DNA of 35,619 bases from Burkholderiales bacterium (GCA_919902965.1 CAKKSJ010000059.1:1-35619); one strand, 5' to 3'. Counted from the first letter of the stretch, positions 1-10,798 are shown. Program-made: numbers and translations. The notes: generated by a model from the sequence alone, not told the origin.

Positions 1-3
1 GGT

Positions 4-612
4 TCAATATTTCCAGCCGCCGCTGGCGAGCCACTTCTCGATCTGTTCAAGACGGTCGGCGCCCCAGAAGGCTTCGCCGTCGACCACGATATAGGGCGAG
101 CCGAACGCGCCGCGGGCGATCGCCTTGTCCACCTCGGCCTTGACCAGTTCCTTGATCGCCGCAGCGTTGATCGCGGCGCGCACCTCGTCCGCATCCAGCC
201 CGAATTTGGCGCATACCGCAACGGTGTCGTCCGGGTTGGATATGTTGATGTCGTCGACGAAATAGGCGCGATACAGCGCCGCTACCAGTGCCTTGGCCTG
301 CCTGGGGTCCTTGCCGTTCAGCCAGTAGAACGCGCGCGCCGGGGCTTGCGAGGATATCGGGAAGGCGGAGGGCAGCTTGTACTCCACAGCGTAGTATTTC
401 GCGCTGCGGGCGAAGTCGCGCTTGGCGTAATCGCCTTTCATCGGCACCTGGGGCAGCGGCAGGCCGCCGGTAATTTTCATTGCGGCGCCGAGCAGGAACG
501 GGCGCCAGATGACCTCGCGCCCGTATTTGGCGCCGAGCGCGTCGATTTTGGTGCTGGCGAAATAACCGTAGGGAGAGGAAAAGTCGAAGTAGAAATCGAT
601 CGGTGTTGCCAT
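4..612 (-). CDS. 2-hydroxychromene-2-carboxylate isomerase / DsbA-like thioredoxin-fold protein
   Basis: 202-aa ORF. The N-terminal IDFYFDFSSPYGY and C-terminal GSPYIVVDGEAFWGADRL resemble the HCCA-isomerase/DsbA-like family as I recall it. Confidence 0.8.
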   Translation of the reverse strand: MATPIDFYFDFSSPYGYFASTKIDALGAKYGREVIWRPFLLGAAMKITGGLPLPQVPMKGDYAKRDFARSAKYYAVEYKLPSAFPISSQAPARAFYWLNGKDPRQAKALVAALYRAYFVDDINISNPDDTVAVCAKFGLDADEVRAAINAAAIKELVKAEVDKAIARGAFGSPYIVVDGEAFWGADRLEQIEKWLASGGWKY

Positions 613-642
613 ATTGGCTCCTTCGTCCTGGTCAGCTTCCGC

Positions 643-1161
643 TCACGCGGCCGTCTTGGACTTGATCGACAGTTCGAGCGACACCGGCACCTTGTTGGCG
701 AGCATGTCCAGCACCGGGCAATGCGCGTCCACCACGGCGCGCAATCTCTGCAGCTCCGCCGCACTCGCGCTCGATTCGATATTTACCGTGCCGCGTATGT
801 TCTGGAAGCCTGAGCGCACCGCATCATCCACCCCGAAGAATCCGCGCAAATCGATGTCGCCGTACAGTTCGACCGCCACCGAATCCAGCGGAATTCCCAG
901 GGCAGTCGCATAGGCGCGATAGGTGATTTCCTGGCAGGAGCCCAGCGCAGCAAGAATCAGCTCGACCGGGTTGGGGCCCGAATCGGCGCCACCGAGCGCA
1001 GCTGGCTCGTCCGCCGCCAGGCGGTGCTGCCGTATCGAAATCTCCGAACGGAACCCTTCCGTCAGGCGCGAGGACGACTTGAAAGTCGCCTTGGCCGCAT
1101 CCGGCTGGGAGCGGAAGGCCGACTGGGTATCGGCGATCAATTGTTTAAGTTTGACGCTCAT
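643..1161 (-). CDS. OsmC/Ohr family peroxiredoxin-like protein
   Basis: 172-aa ORF with GPNPVELILAALGSCQ and CPV motifs typical of OsmC-family proteins. Confidence 0.8.
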   Translation of the reverse strand: MSVKLKQLIADTQSAFRSQPDAAKATFKSSSRLTEGFRSEISIRQHRLAADEPAALGGADSGPNPVELILAALGSCQEITYRAYATALGIPLDSVAVELYGDIDLRGFFGVDDAVRSGFQNIRGTVNIESSASAAELQRLRAVVDAHCPVLDMLANKVPVSLELSIKSKTAA

Positions 1162-1294
1162 TGCTTGCTCCTCGGGTGGTTTGGCTGTTTTGTCGGGCTG
1201 TATGCCGTATATGTCCTGACCCGCTGGTCAGGGCAGGGCGTAGTGTAGCGCCTGGCAGCCGCATGCGCGCGGCGGCAGGCCAGCCTGGACTTGC

Positions 1295-1603
1295 CTATTT
1301 GGACAGTGTTCGGCCGAGCCGGCCCTCCACGGCCGCGATCTTGCTCTTCAGGCGCCCGCTCTTTCCCGCCCGATAATCGATGCGTATCGAGGTGGAAATC
1401 CTGTCGCAGTCCTGGCTCATCCTTTGATAGCAGGCCGTGACCAGCGCCATCACCTGCTCCCACTCGCCCTCGACGATGGTTCCCATGGGCGTCAACTGAT
1501 ACGGCAACCCGCTCTTGTCGATGATGTCCAGCGAGCGCGCCACGTAGGGACTAAGGCTTACGCCCTTGTCCAGGGGAGACATGGAAAATTCGAGCAGAAC
1601 CAT
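1295..1603 (-). CDS. MTH1187/YkoF-like (DUF77) thiamine-binding family protein
   Basis: 102-aa ORF starting MVLLEFSMSPLDKG with an internal TPMGTIVEGEW, the pattern of the small DUF77 family. Confidence 0.7.
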   Translation of the reverse strand: MVLLEFSMSPLDKGVSLSPYVARSLDIIDKSGLPYQLTPMGTIVEGEWEQVMALVTACYQRMSQDCDRISTSIRIDYRAGKSGRLKSKIAAVEGRLGRTLSK

Positions 1604-1734
1604 CTGAGACTCCTCTACTATGACGGGAAATCTGGCGGGAAGCCGGGGTCGATAAACGCCTTGCCGCTCGATTTGGTGATAGGTTCTTTCATGGCTGGTC
1701 CCGTATCTACCTGTTGCGCCGGCTGTTCACGAAT

Positions 1735-2109
1735 TCAGGCTGCGCGCTTCAATTCATACCCGCGAATCAGGACGTCGGCCGGCAGATTCAACCCTGATGC
1801 GAGCCTGCGTATCATGTCCAGCGTGAGCGGGCGAACGCGGTTCAGCACCTCCGCGACCCTGGCGCGTGAGCCGATGTAGGGTTCCAGGTCCTTTCTCGTC
1901 ATCCCGCGCGCTTCCATGACGTGTTGCAGGAAGTCGATCGGATCGGGCGCCTCGATCGGGTAGTGCTCGCGCTCGTACGCTTCCACCAGAAGCGTGAGCA
2001 CTTCGAGCCGGTCGGCCGCGTGCGAGCCGCTGGGCGCTTCCCACAGCGCTTCGATTTCCTTGAGCGCAGCCTGATGCTCGCGCTTGGTTCGGATCGGACG
2101 CAGTGTCAT
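1735..2109 (-). CDS. higA: HigA-family antitoxin (HTH, Xre-like)
   Basis: The ORF track gives 1735..2136. I prefer the internal Met at 2109 (MTLRPIRTKREHQAALKEIEAL), which matches the usual HigA N-terminus and removes the overlap with higB. An HTH region lies at the C-terminus. Confidence 0.75.
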   Translation of the reverse strand: MTLRPIRTKREHQAALKEIEALWEAPSGSHAADRLEVLTLLVEAYEREHYPIEAPDPIDFLQHVMEARGMTRKDLEPYIGSRARVAEVLNRVRPLTLDMIRRLASGLNLPADVLIRGYELKRAA

Positions 2110-2119
2110 CTTTGTCACC

Positions 2120-2407
2120 TTAAATGGTTCCGGCATCGATCTTGTCGTATTCGCGGTGCGTGCCCACGAACCTTATGAACACCATGCCGTAGTGCACCGC
2201 CGCGACCAGACGGTAATCGTTGCCCTTGGCGTTGAACACGATGCGCTTGTTCGCGACCACGCTTGCGTTCCGGTATGCCGCCTTTACGTCGGCCGGGCGC
2301 CGCCAGTCCGAGCGGCTTGCGAGCGTGTACCAGGAACGCAGCGGGATTTCGGCGTCGGGGTGCCTGTTCCAGAAATCCCGCAACGTGGCCAGCGCGATGA
2401 TCCGCAT
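2120..2407 (-). CDS. higB: HigB-family type II toxin (mRNA interferase)
   Basis: 95-aa ORF (MRIIALATLRDFW...RLVAAVHY...IRFVGTHREYDKI) typical of HigB toxins. It lies directly upstream of higA in toxin-first order. Confidence 0.8.
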   Translation of the reverse strand: MRIIALATLRDFWNRHPDAEIPLRSWYTLASRSDWRRPADVKAAYRNASVVANKRIVFNAKGNDYRLVAAVHYGMVFIRFVGTHREYDKIDAGTI

Positions 2408-2499
2408 GTAAAGACTTTACCATGTTCCCAAAACGGGAGCAATGTTGAGGGCAGCGATCGGTTTCGAACCCACGTGGATCGGGTGTTTCTTTGGACTAT

Positions 2500-3315
2500 T
2501 CAGCGCTTTCTCGCAATCACATCCATGCCGCAGCGGTAGCGCGGGCTCACGGCGTAGTGTAGCGGCTCGAAGCCGCAGTCCTCGAGCAGCGCATACAGGC
2601 GGGCGCGGCTGAAGCAATGGGAGTGCTCCAGTTCGCCCCAGTAGGGATTGGCCTGCTGTGCATCCAGCGCTTTCCATACCGCGGTGTCCATATTCGGCGT
2701 GGACACGAACAGCAGGCCGCGCGGCGCCAGCAAAGTTGCTGCGTGCGCCAGGGCGGGGCGCGGGAAGGGCATATGCTCGATCACATCGGCAAGCGAGACC
2801 ACCTGGAATGCCCCGGGCTCATTCACCTGCAGAATATCGCAGCGGCGCGCTTCGAATCCCAGCGCCTGCAGCTTGGCGACGCTGGACGCGCGCAGGTCGA
2901 TCCCGAGCGGCTGGTAACCCCATTCGGCTGCGGTGAATACCAGCGAGCCGTTGCCGAAGCCCACGTCCAGCCAACGCGCAGGAGCGGCATCGGCGCGTAC
3001 GGGCGCACGGTCCAGATGCGCGGTAACGCGCTCGACCACTTCGGCCCAGAGCGCGCGCTGGCGCTCCACGTCCTCCCCCGTCTCCTGCCCGGGCGGCGTG
3101 GCCGCGAACAACAATGCCTCTGCGGACGGGTTGAAATAGCCTTCGGCGAATACATGGCCGCAGCCGTGGCAGCGGCACCAGCTTATGGTCGGGGGCAGGG
3201 CGGCTTGATAGAGGAGATGCCGCGTGCAATCGGCCTGGTGCAAATCGAGTATGGCCGCATCGCCGCATAGCGGGCAGACGGCATAGGCGATGCGCCCGGG
3301 CTCGATCTCAGCCAC
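2500..3315 (-). CDS. class I SAM-dependent methyltransferase with N-terminal Cys4 zinc-ribbon
   Basis: 271-aa ORF. CPLCG...CRCHGCGH forms a Cys4 knuckle, followed by the SAM motif [11 protein letters not shown] and a DVIEHMP motif. Its start overlaps the stop of the upstream acyl-CoA dehydrogenase by 8 nt. Confidence 0.75.
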   Translation of the reverse strand: MAEIEPGRIAYAVCPLCGDAAILDLHQADCTRHLLYQAALPPTISWCRCHGCGHVFAEGYFNPSAEALLFAATPPGQETGEDVERQRALWAEVVERVTAHLDRAPVRADAAPARWLDVGFGNGSLVFTAAEWGYQPLGIDLRASSVAKLQALGFEARRCDILQVNEPGAFQVVSLADVIEHMPFPRPALAHAATLLAPRGLLFVSTPNMDTAVWKALDAQQANPYWGELEHSHCFSRARLYALLEDCGFEPLHYAVSPRYRCGMDVIARKR

Positions 3316-4441
3316 CGGCGAGCGAGCGTCCGATCACCATGCGCTGGATGTCGCTCGCACCCTCGTATATCTGCGCCACGCGCACATCGCGATAAATGCG
3401 CTCCACCGGGAAATCGCTGAGATAGCCGTAGCCGCCGTGGATCTGGATCGCATCCGAACACACTTGCTCCGCCATTTCGGAGGCGAACAGCTTGGCCATC
3501 GAGGCTTCCTTCAGGCAGGGCAGTTCGGCGTCGCGCAGGGTGGCGGCGTGCAGCACCATCTGGCGCGCGACCTCGATTTGCGTCGCCATGTCGGCGAGAC
3601 GGAAATTCACCGCCTGGTGCTCGAAAATGGGTTTGCCGAAAGTTTCGCGTTCGTGCGCGTATTTCAAGGCCGCCTCGAATGCGGCGCGCGCCATGCCCAC
3701 CGACTGGGCGGCAATGCCGATGCGCCCGCCCTCCAGGTTGGCCAGCGCGATGCGATAGCCCATGCCCTCGCTGCCGAGCAGGTTGGCAACCGGCACGCGG
3801 CAGTTTTCCAGCATGATTTGCGCGGTGTCCGAGGCATGCTGGCCGAGCTTTTCCTCGATGTGGGAAACCACATAGCCGGGGTTGTCGGTGGGAACGATGA
3901 AGGCGCTGATGCCTTTCTTGCCCGCGGCCTTGTCGGTCACCGCGAATACCACGCCTACCTGCGCGTTCTTGCCGCTGGTGATGAACTGCTTGACGCCGTT
4001 GAGCACGTAGTCGTCGCCGGCGCGCTCTGCGCGCGTCCTGATCGCCGCGGCGTCCGAGCCCACGTGCGGCTCGGTGAGGCAGAAGCAGCCGAGCATGTCG
4101 CCGCGCGCCAGCGGTTTGAGGAAACGCTCCTTTTGTGCGTCCGAGGCGTAGCCGTTGAATATATTGCACACCAGGGATTGCACGCTGGTGATGGTGGAGG
4201 TCGCGCCATCGCCTGCTGCGATTTCCTCCAGTGCCAGGGCCATGCACACATAGTCCAGTCCCGCCCCGCCCCATTGTTCCGGCACGGTGATGCCGAGCAG
4301 ACCCAGTGCGGCCATTTCCCTGAGTTGCTCGTGGGGAAACGCGCAGTCCCGGTCCCATTGCGCCGCGTTTGGGGCGAGGCGCTCGGACGCGAAAGCGCGC
4401 ACCGAGTCGCGGATCATCTGCTGTTCTTGGCTGAGTATCAC
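3308..4441 (-). CDS. acyl-CoA dehydrogenase (short/branched-chain type)
   Basis: 377-aa ORF with full-length ACAD architecture ([28 protein letters not shown]). The long antisense ORFs on both strands here are high-GC shadows. Confidence 0.9.
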   Translation of the reverse strand: MILSQEQQMIRDSVRAFASERLAPNAAQWDRDCAFPHEQLREMAALGLLGITVPEQWGGAGLDYVCMALALEEIAAGDGATSTITSVQSLVCNIFNGYASDAQKERFLKPLARGDMLGCFCLTEPHVGSDAAAIRTRAERAGDDYVLNGVKQFITSGKNAQVGVVFAVTDKAAGKKGISAFIVPTDNPGYVVSHIEEKLGQHASDTAQIMLENCRVPVANLLGSEGMGYRIALANLEGGRIGIAAQSVGMARAAFEAALKYAHERETFGKPIFEHQAVNFRLADMATQIEVARQMVLHAATLRDAELPCLKEASMAKLFASEMAEQVCSDAIQIHGGYGYLSDFPVERIYRDVRVAQIYEGASDIQRMVIGRSLAGG

Positions 4442-4472
4442 GGGCGGCCCTGGTCGCGTTAAGCAGTTTGGT

Positions 4473-5654
4473 TCAAACCAGCTCGATCGCCATTGCCGTG
4501 GCTTCGCCGCCGCCTATGCACAGGCTGGCGACGCCGCGCTTGCCGCCGGTCTTGCGCAGGGCGCCGATCAGCGTGACCACGATGCGCGCGCCGGATGCGC
4601 CGATCGGATGGCCCAGGGCGCAGGCGCCGCCGTGGATATTGACCTTCTCATGCGGCAGGCCGTGCTCCTTCATCGCCGCCATGGTCACCACGGCGAAGGC
4701 CTCGTTGATTTCGTACAGGTCCACCTGCCCTGAGCTCCAGCCGGTTTTTTCATAGAGCTTTTTGATCGCGCCGACCGGGGCGGTGGTGAACCAGCCGGGT
4801 TCCTGCGCATGGGTGCTGTGGCCGACGACAATTGCCAGCGGCGCCAGGCCGAGTTTCTCCGCCGTCGAGCGGCGCATCATCACCAGCGCCGCGCCGCCGT
4901 CCGAGATCGAGCTCGAGTTGGCCGCGGTGATGGTCCCGTCTTTCTTGAACGCGGGTTTGAGCGCGGGAATCTTTTCGAAATTGGCCTTGAAAGGCGATTC
5001 GTCCATTTCCATGAAGCGCTCATCCTTGCCGGTCTTCACGTTCAAGGGCGTGATCTCCCAGGCGAAAGCGCCGTTCTTGTTCGCGCCTTGCGCGCGCTCC
5101 AGCGATGCGACCGCGAACTTGTCCTGTTCGGCGCGCGTGAACGTGTACTTGGCAGCGCAATCCTCGGCGAAGCTGCCCATCAGCCTGCCTTTGTCATAGG
5201 CGTCTTCGAGTCCGTCGTAGAACATATGGTCGAGCAGCTGGCCGTGACCCAGGCGATAGCCGCCGCGCGCCTTGGCGAGCAGATAGGGCGCATTGGTCAT
5301 GGACTCCATGCCGCCCGCGACCATGATGTCATTGGTCCCGGCGGCGAGCAGGTCATGCGCGAGCATCGCGGCCTTCATGCCCGAGCCGCACATCTTGTTA
5401 ATCGTGGTGCAGCCGGTCGCGAGCGGCAGGCCCGCGGCCAGCGAGGCCTGGCGCGCAGGCGCCTGACCCTGGCCTGCGGGCAGCACGCAGCCCATGATGA
5501 CTTCGTCCACCTGCTCGGGCTTGATCCTGGCGCGCTCTACGGCCGCGCGGATTGCGGCCGCACCCAGTTCGGCGGCTGCGAATTGCTTCAGTTCTCCCTG
5601 AAACGCGCCCATGGGGGTGCGCGCGGCAGACACGATGACTATGGGATCGTTCAT
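4473..5654 (-). CDS. acetyl-CoA C-acyltransferase (thiolase)
   Basis: Thiolase motifs are present (NKMCGSG active-site Cys region, [24 protein letters not shown]). The start is set at ATG 5654 because AAGGAG lies 6 nt upstream on the coding strand; the ORF-track start at 5669 sits inside that RBS. Confidence 0.9.
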   Translation of the reverse strand: MNDPIVIVSAARTPMGAFQGELKQFAAAELGAAAIRAAVERARIKPEQVDEVIMGCVLPAGQGQAPARQASLAAGLPLATGCTTINKMCGSGMKAAMLAHDLLAAGTNDIMVAGGMESMTNAPYLLAKARGGYRLGHGQLLDHMFYDGLEDAYDKGRLMGSFAEDCAAKYTFTRAEQDKFAVASLERAQGANKNGAFAWEITPLNVKTGKDERFMEMDESPFKANFEKIPALKPAFKKDGTITAANSSSISDGGAALVMMRRSTAEKLGLAPLAIVVGHSTHAQEPGWFTTAPVGAIKKLYEKTGWSSGQVDLYEINEAFAVVTMAAMKEHGLPHEKVNIHGGACALGHPIGASGARIVVTLIGALRKTGGKRGVASLCIGGGEATAMAIELV

Positions 5655-5733
5655 GGCAGCTCCTTTCAACTATTACACGTGATTATCGCAGCTGGCGCAG
5701 GCGCAGGAACGCGCCGCGCCGCCCTGTACGCTA

Positions 5734-6912
5734 TTACTTGGTTTCAACGAATAATTCGCGCCCGATCAGCATCCGGCGGATTTCCGAGGTGCCGGCGCCG
5801 ATTTCGTAGAGCTTGGCATCTCGCCACAGACGCCCGGTCGGGGATTCGTTGATATAGCCCATGCCGCCCAGGGCCTGGATCGCCTCGCCCGCCATCCAGG
5901 TGGCTTTCTCCGAAGCGTAAAGGATGGCGCCGGCGGCGTCCTTGCGCGCGCCGGTGCCTTTGATTTTGCCGCCGTCCAGCGCCTTGCCCACCGCATACAC
6001 ATAAGCGCGGCAGGCGTTCATGGTGGTGTACATGTCGGCGAGCTTACCCTGCATCAATTGGAATTCACCGATAGCCTGGCCGAACTGCTTGCGCTCGTGC
6101 ACATAGGGGATGACCACGTCCATGCAGGCGGCCATGATCCCGAGCGGGCCCCCGGACAGGACCGCGCGCTCATAGTCCAGGCCGCTCATGAGCACGTTCA
6201 CGCCCCGGCCCATGCCGCCGAGGATATTGTCTTCCGGCACTACACAGTCGCGGAACACCAGTTCGCAGGTGTTGGAGCCGCGCATGCCCAGTTTGTCCAG
6301 TTTTTGCGCAGTGGAAAAGCCGGGAAAGCCTTTTTCGATCAGAAAGGCGGTAATGCCGCGCGCTCCCGCCGCGCCGTCGGTCTTGGCATACACCACCAGC
6401 ACGTCGGCATCCGGCCCGTTGGTGATCCACATCTTGTTGCCGTTGAGGATGAATTTGCCGCCTTTGAACTCGGCTTTGAGGCGCATGCCGACGACGTCGG
6501 AACCGGCGCCGGGTTCGGACATGGCGAGCGCGCCCACGTGTTCGCCGGAAATCAGCCTGGGCAGATACTTCCTGCGTTGCGCTTCGCTGCCGTTGCGGTT
6601 GATTTGATTCATGCACAGGTTTGAATGGGCGCCGTAGGAAAGCCCGACGGAGGCGGAGGCGCGGCTGATTTCCTCCATGGCCACAATGTGGGCGAGATAA
6701 CCCATATCGGTACCGCCGTATTCTTCGCCGATGGTGATGCCGAGCAGACCGAGCGATCCGAACTTGCGCCAAAGATCGGCGGGAAACTCGTTGGCGCGAT
6801 CGATCTCGGCCGCGCGCGGTGCGATTTCCTTCACTGCGAAGGCGCGCGCCGTGTCGCGCAGCATGTCGATGTCTACGCCCAGATCGAAAGGCAGGGAAGG
6901 AAAATCGGTCAT
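5734..6912 (-). CDS. liuA: isovaleryl-CoA dehydrogenase
   Basis: 392-aa ACAD whose sequence ([42 protein letters not shown]) matches the IVD subfamily as I recall it. It lies 4 nt downstream of a MerR/LiuR-type gene. Confidence 0.85.
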   Translation of the reverse strand: MTDFPSLPFDLGVDIDMLRDTARAFAVKEIAPRAAEIDRANEFPADLWRKFGSLGLLGITIGEEYGGTDMGYLAHIVAMEEISRASASVGLSYGAHSNLCMNQINRNGSEAQRRKYLPRLISGEHVGALAMSEPGAGSDVVGMRLKAEFKGGKFILNGNKMWITNGPDADVLVVYAKTDGAAGARGITAFLIEKGFPGFSTAQKLDKLGMRGSNTCELVFRDCVVPEDNILGGMGRGVNVLMSGLDYERAVLSGGPLGIMAACMDVVIPYVHERKQFGQAIGEFQLMQGKLADMYTTMNACRAYVYAVGKALDGGKIKGTGARKDAAGAILYASEKATWMAGEAIQALGGMGYINESPTGRLWRDAKLYEIGAGTSEIRRMLIGRELFVETK

Positions 6913-6916
6913 TGTT

Positions 6917-7348
6917 CTACCTTTTCAGTTGTCCGTTCTTGCGCCCCGCGCGGCGGTCGCCGGCAAGGATTTTGCGGCTCTGTGCCTCGAATACCGCGAT
7001 TTCCCCGAGCATTTCGTCGATGTCGGCGCGCTGCCGCTCGAGTTGCTCGCGCCGTTCCGCCAGCGCAGCAAGGAATTGTGCCAGTTGGGGCTTTTCGTCC
7101 CGGGCGGAATCGTATAACTCGAACATCGCAGCCACTTCGGACAGCGACAGGCCCAGGCGCTTGCCGCGCAGGATCAGTTTCAGGCGCACATAGTCGCGCT
7201 TGGCATAAATGCGCCGGCTGCCCGCGCGCTGTGGTGCGAGTAGACCCTGATCTTCATAGAAGCGGATCGCCCGCGGCGTGACATCGAATTCGTGTGCCAG
7301 GTCGCTGATGCTGTAGGTTTCTTCGTGGTAGCCGGGTGCGGTGCTCAT
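6917..7348 (-). CDS. liuR: MerR-family transcriptional regulator (LiuR-like)
   Basis: [26 protein letters not shown] is a MerR HTH. The start is set at the Met of [10 protein letters not shown] (cat at 7346-7348); the ORF-track upstream extension has no family support. Confidence 0.8.
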   Translation of the reverse strand: MSTAPGYHEETYSISDLAHEFDVTPRAIRFYEDQGLLAPQRAGSRRIYAKRDYVRLKLILRGKRLGLSLSEVAAMFELYDSARDEKPQLAQFLAALAERREQLERQRADIDEMLGEIAVFEAQSRKILAGDRRAGRKNGQLKR

Positions 7349-7375
7349 ATTGCGTAGCAACATAAATGGCGGGAA

Positions 7376-7391
7376 TCGCAAATATTTGCGA
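7376..7391. promoter_or_regulatory. perfect 16-bp palindrome TCGCAAATATTTGCGA in the liuR / MBL-hydrolase divergent intergenic region; candidate MerR/LiuR operator
   Basis: Read directly from the sequence. It lies 28 nt upstream of the liuR start on the minus strand. The assignment to LiuR is inference only. Confidence 0.35.
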
Positions 7392-7464
7392 AAATTGCGC
7401 TCTTTCGGCGCTGGTCTGGTCTTGCTTTGGCTGCATTCTAGCCCAAGGCGGGTCGGGCACAAAC

Positions 7465-8553
7465 ATGGACCCACAGCAAATCCTGCAGTTTCCACATGCC
7501 GCGGCGCCCGCCGCCGGTCTCAGCCTGGAGATCGTTTCCGGGCTGCGCTGGCTGCGCATGCCGCTGCCGTTCGCGCTCGATCATATCAACCTGTGGCTGC
7601 TGCAAGACGGGGACGGGTGGACCATGGTCGATTGCGGCATCGCCAACGATGCAAGCCGGGCGCAGTGGGAGCAAATCTTCGCCACCCCGCTGGCCTGCGG
7701 GCCGGGCGCGGCGGGCGGCCGCGCGTTTGCGGCGACGCGCGTGCTGGTGACCCACTATCACCCGGATCATGCCGGCCTTGCGCAATGGCTGTGCCAGCGT
7801 TTCGGCGTCAGGCTGTGGATGTCGCAGGCAGATTATCTGACCGCTCATGCGATCCGCGAGGGGATTGCCGGCTACACCCCGGACAACCTGCTCGGCATGT
7901 ACCGCCGCAACGGCCTCGTTGGCGACGCGCTGGAAAAAATGGCCGTACGCGGCAACCGCTATCGCTTCGTTGTGCCGGAATTCCCGCCGAGCTACCACCG
8001 CATCATGGACGGCGATCAAATCGCCATCGGCGGTCGCGACTGGCGCGTGATCATGGGTTACGGCCACGCGCCCGAACACGCCGCGCTTTATTGTTCCGAA
8101 CTGGGCGTGTTGATTTCGGGGGATATGGTGCTGCCGAAGATCTCGACCAATATCAGTGTCTGGTCGGTCGATCCGGACGGCAATCCGCTGCGACAGTTTC
8201 TCTACTCTCTCAAGCGCTATGCCGGGCTGCCGGCCGACACGCTGGTGCTGCCCTCGCACGGCCTGCCGTTTCGTGGATTGCGGGAGCGCGTCGAGCAGCT
8301 GGAAGAACATCACCGTCAGCGCTGTGCGGAACTGCTGGAGGCCTGCACGCGGCCGCTATCGGCTTTCGAGGTGATTCCGACCCTGTTCCAGCGCGAACTC
8401 GACACGCATCAGCTATTCTTCGCCATGGGCGAGGCGATGGCGCACTTGCATTACCTCTACTATCAGGGCACGCTCAAGCGCGAAACCGGCAGCGACGGCG
8501 TCATCCGTTATCTGCAGGACGCGGAATCGCGCCAGGCGCCCGCAGCAATATGA
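7465..8553 (+). CDS. MBL-fold metallo-hydrolase
   Basis: THYHPDHAG (HxHxDH) motif plus downstream His/Asp ligands. The start is set at ATG 7465 (MDPQQILQF). Confidence 0.8.
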   Translation: MDPQQILQFPHAAAPAAGLSLEIVSGLRWLRMPLPFALDHINLWLLQDGDGWTMVDCGIANDASRAQWEQIFATPLACGPGAAGGRAFAATRVLVTHYHPDHAGLAQWLCQRFGVRLWMSQADYLTAHAIREGIAGYTPDNLLGMYRRNGLVGDALEKMAVRGNRYRFVVPEFPPSYHRIMDGDQIAIGGRDWRVIMGYGHAPEHAALYCSELGVLISGDMVLPKISTNISVWSVDPDGNPLRQFLYSLKRYAGLPADTLVLPSHGLPFRGLRERVEQLEEHHRQRCAELLEACTRPLSAFEVIPTLFQRELDTHQLFFAMGEAMAHLHYLYYQGTLKRETGSDGVIRYLQDAESRQAPAAI

Positions 8554-8674
8554 GTTCTGTAATGCACGGATTCGAAAAGGCAGGAACCTGCCGCGGAAGA
8601 GGACGGGACGCCGTCCGTTCCCGGCCGGACACTATTAGGCCACTTCAGGCAGGCAGGTTTAGCGGAGCTGCACT

Positions 8675-10504
8675 ATGAGCAAGGAACAAGCCAAACCCGA
8701 GACCGCAGTTGCTGACTCGGCAAAAATTTTCGCCGAAGTGGCCGAGCGCTCCAGTCGCATCATGGGCGATTTCCTCGAGCGCCAGGCCGAAGCGAAAGAC
8801 CCGGGCCTCAGCGACGAGTTCGGCATAGGCAAGGCGTTCATGGACATGTCGGCGCTGATGCTCGCCAAGCCGCAGCAGCTCGCCGAGGCGCAGATGAACA
8901 TGTTCCGGGATTACACGCGTCTGTGGCAAAACAGCTGGATGCAGATGATGGGGCAGAAAACCGAGCCGGTCGCCGCGCCGCGCAAGGGCGACAACCGTTT
9001 TCGCCACGAGGACTGGGAAAACCATTTTCTGTTCGACTATGTCAAGCAATCCTATCTGATCGCCGCGCGCCACATCCACCAGGCCGTGTCGCAGGTCGAG
9101 AACCTGCCGCCGGAGGATCGCAAGAAAGTGGATTTTTTCACGCGGCAGTACATCGACGCCTTGTCGCCTTCGAATTTTGCGCTGACCAATCCGGAAGTCG
9201 TGCGCGAAACCCTCGCTTCGGGCGGGCAGAACCTGCTGCGCGGCCTGAACAACCTGCTCGCCGACATCGAGCGCGGAGACGGACAGCTGCAGATCAGCAT
9301 GACCGACCCCAAGGCGTTCAAAATGGGCAAGAACATCGCCACCACGCCGGGCAAGGTGGTATACCAAAATGATTTGATGCAGCTGATCCAGTACCAGCCG
9401 AGCACCAAAAAAGTTTACAAACGGCCCTTGCTGATCATTCCGCCCTGGATCAACAAATACTACATACTCGACCTGCGCGAGTCGAATTCCTTCATCAAGT
9501 GGGCGGTGGATCAGGGGCACACGGTGTTCGTGATTTCCTGGGTGAATCCGGGCGCGGAATTCGCGGGCAAGGGCTTCGAAGATTACCTGCACCAGGGCCC
9601 CGACGATGCGCTGGCCGCGATCGAAAAGGCCAGCGGCGAGAAACAGGTCAATGTGATCGGCTACTGCCTCGGCGGGACCCTGCTAGGCGCCGCACTGGGG
9701 GCGATGGCCGCGAAAAAGGACACGCGCGTCGCCAGCGCGACTTTCTTCGTTTCGCTGCTCGATTTCTCCATACCCGGTGAACTGGGCGTATTCATCGACG
9801 AGAAACAGGTGGAGAACCTGGAGCGGCGCATGAATGAGCGCGGCTATCTCGAAGGTTCGGAGATGGCGGGCACCTTCAACATGCTGCGCTCGAACGACCT
9901 CGTCTGGTCCTTCGTGGTGAACAACTACCTGATGGGCAAGGATCCGTTCCCCTTCGATCTGCTCTACTGGAACTCGGATTCGACGCGCATGCCGGCGAAA
10001 ATGCACAGCTTCTACCTGCGCAATATGTACCTGGCCAACAAGCTGAAGGATCCGGGCGGTATCAGCCTGGACGGCGTGCCTGTCGATATCAGCAAGATCA
10101 AGATTCCGGCCTACTTCATTTCTACCGCCGAGGATCACATCGCGCCGTGGAAATCGGTGTACAAGGGCGCGCGCGTCCTGTCCGGAAAAGTACGTTTCGT
10201 GCTCGGCGGCTCGGGCCATATTGCCGGTATTGTCAATCCACCCGCCGCGAAAAAATATTGCTACTGGATCAATCCGGAGTTTCCGGAAACTTCCGATGCG
10301 TGGTTGAGCACCGCTACGCGCCACGAAGGCTCATGGTGGCCCGACTGGCAGGCCTGGATGGACGCGAACAGCGGCGCTGCCAAGGTCGCGGCGCGCGTGC
10401 CCGGGGACGGCAAACTCAAGGTGATCGAGGACGCGCCGGGCAGCTACGTCAGCCTGCGCCTGGGTGCGGAAAAAACAAAGCGAAAAACCGCGCCCAAGAA
10501 ATAG
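8675..10504 (+). CDS. phaC: class I poly(R)-hydroxyalkanoate synthase
   Basis: 609-aa ORF with the lipase-box-like GYCLGG, the conserved RFxxxxW N-terminal region and the C-terminal GGSGHIAG motif. GCGGAG lies upstream of the ATG. Confidence 0.9.
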   Translation: MSKEQAKPETAVADSAKIFAEVAERSSRIMGDFLERQAEAKDPGLSDEFGIGKAFMDMSALMLAKPQQLAEAQMNMFRDYTRLWQNSWMQMMGQKTEPVAAPRKGDNRFRHEDWENHFLFDYVKQSYLIAARHIHQAVSQVENLPPEDRKKVDFFTRQYIDALSPSNFALTNPEVVRETLASGGQNLLRGLNNLLADIERGDGQLQISMTDPKAFKMGKNIATTPGKVVYQNDLMQLIQYQPSTKKVYKRPLLIIPPWINKYYILDLRESNSFIKWAVDQGHTVFVISWVNPGAEFAGKGFEDYLHQGPDDALAAIEKASGEKQVNVIGYCLGGTLLGAALGAMAAKKDTRVASATFFVSLLDFSIPGELGVFIDEKQVENLERRMNERGYLEGSEMAGTFNMLRSNDLVWSFVVNNYLMGKDPFPFDLLYWNSDSTRMPAKMHSFYLRNMYLANKLKDPGGISLDGVPVDISKIKIPAYFISTAEDHIAPWKSVYKGARVLSGKVRFVLGGSGHIAGIVNPPAAKKYCYWINPEFPETSDAWLSTATRHEGSWWPDWQAWMDANSGAAKVAARVPGDGKLKVIEDAPGSYVSLRLGAEKTKRKTAPKK

Positions 10505-10552
10505 ACGCGAGATGCGGAGATCAGACGTTCTGGCGTGGTGCGATGGCGCCGG

Positions 10553-10747
10553 CTAGACCAGCCTGCCGAGCAGGGTCAGCGCGACTGACAGCAGAATGGT
10601 GGTGGTAAAAGGCAGGTAGTAGTCTCTGCCCTTGTGTCTCAGGGTAATGTCGCCGGGCAGGCGCCCCAGGCCCAGTTTCCTGAGCCAGGGCGTGCACAGG
10701 GTCAGCACCGACAGGGCGACCAGCAGGGTCAAAATCCACTTCAGCAT
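10553..10747 (-). CDS. DUF2905-family small membrane protein
   Basis: 64-aa ORF with two hydrophobic segments flanking LPGDI...G...YYLPF, the pattern I associate with DUF2905. Confidence 0.65.
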   Translation of the reverse strand: MLKWILTLLVALSVLTLCTPWLRKLGLGRLPGDITLRHKGRDYYLPFTTTILLSVALTLLGRLV

Positions 10748-10798
10748 CGAATCATTGTAAACTCCCCCGCTGCAGGAATGATCCGGCAGGGAGAAAAA

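Noticed and set aside
3183-4462. Long ORFs of 390-391 aa on both strands overlapping the acyl-CoA dehydrogenase gene.
   Set aside because: The translations are Arg/Gly/Ala/His-rich and low-complexity with no family motifs. They are typical shadow ORFs of a high-GC coding region, while the ACAD frame has clear motifs.
8645-9592. 315-aa minus-strand ORF antisense to phaC.
   Set aside because: The phaC frame is unambiguous and the antisense product has no recognisable domains.
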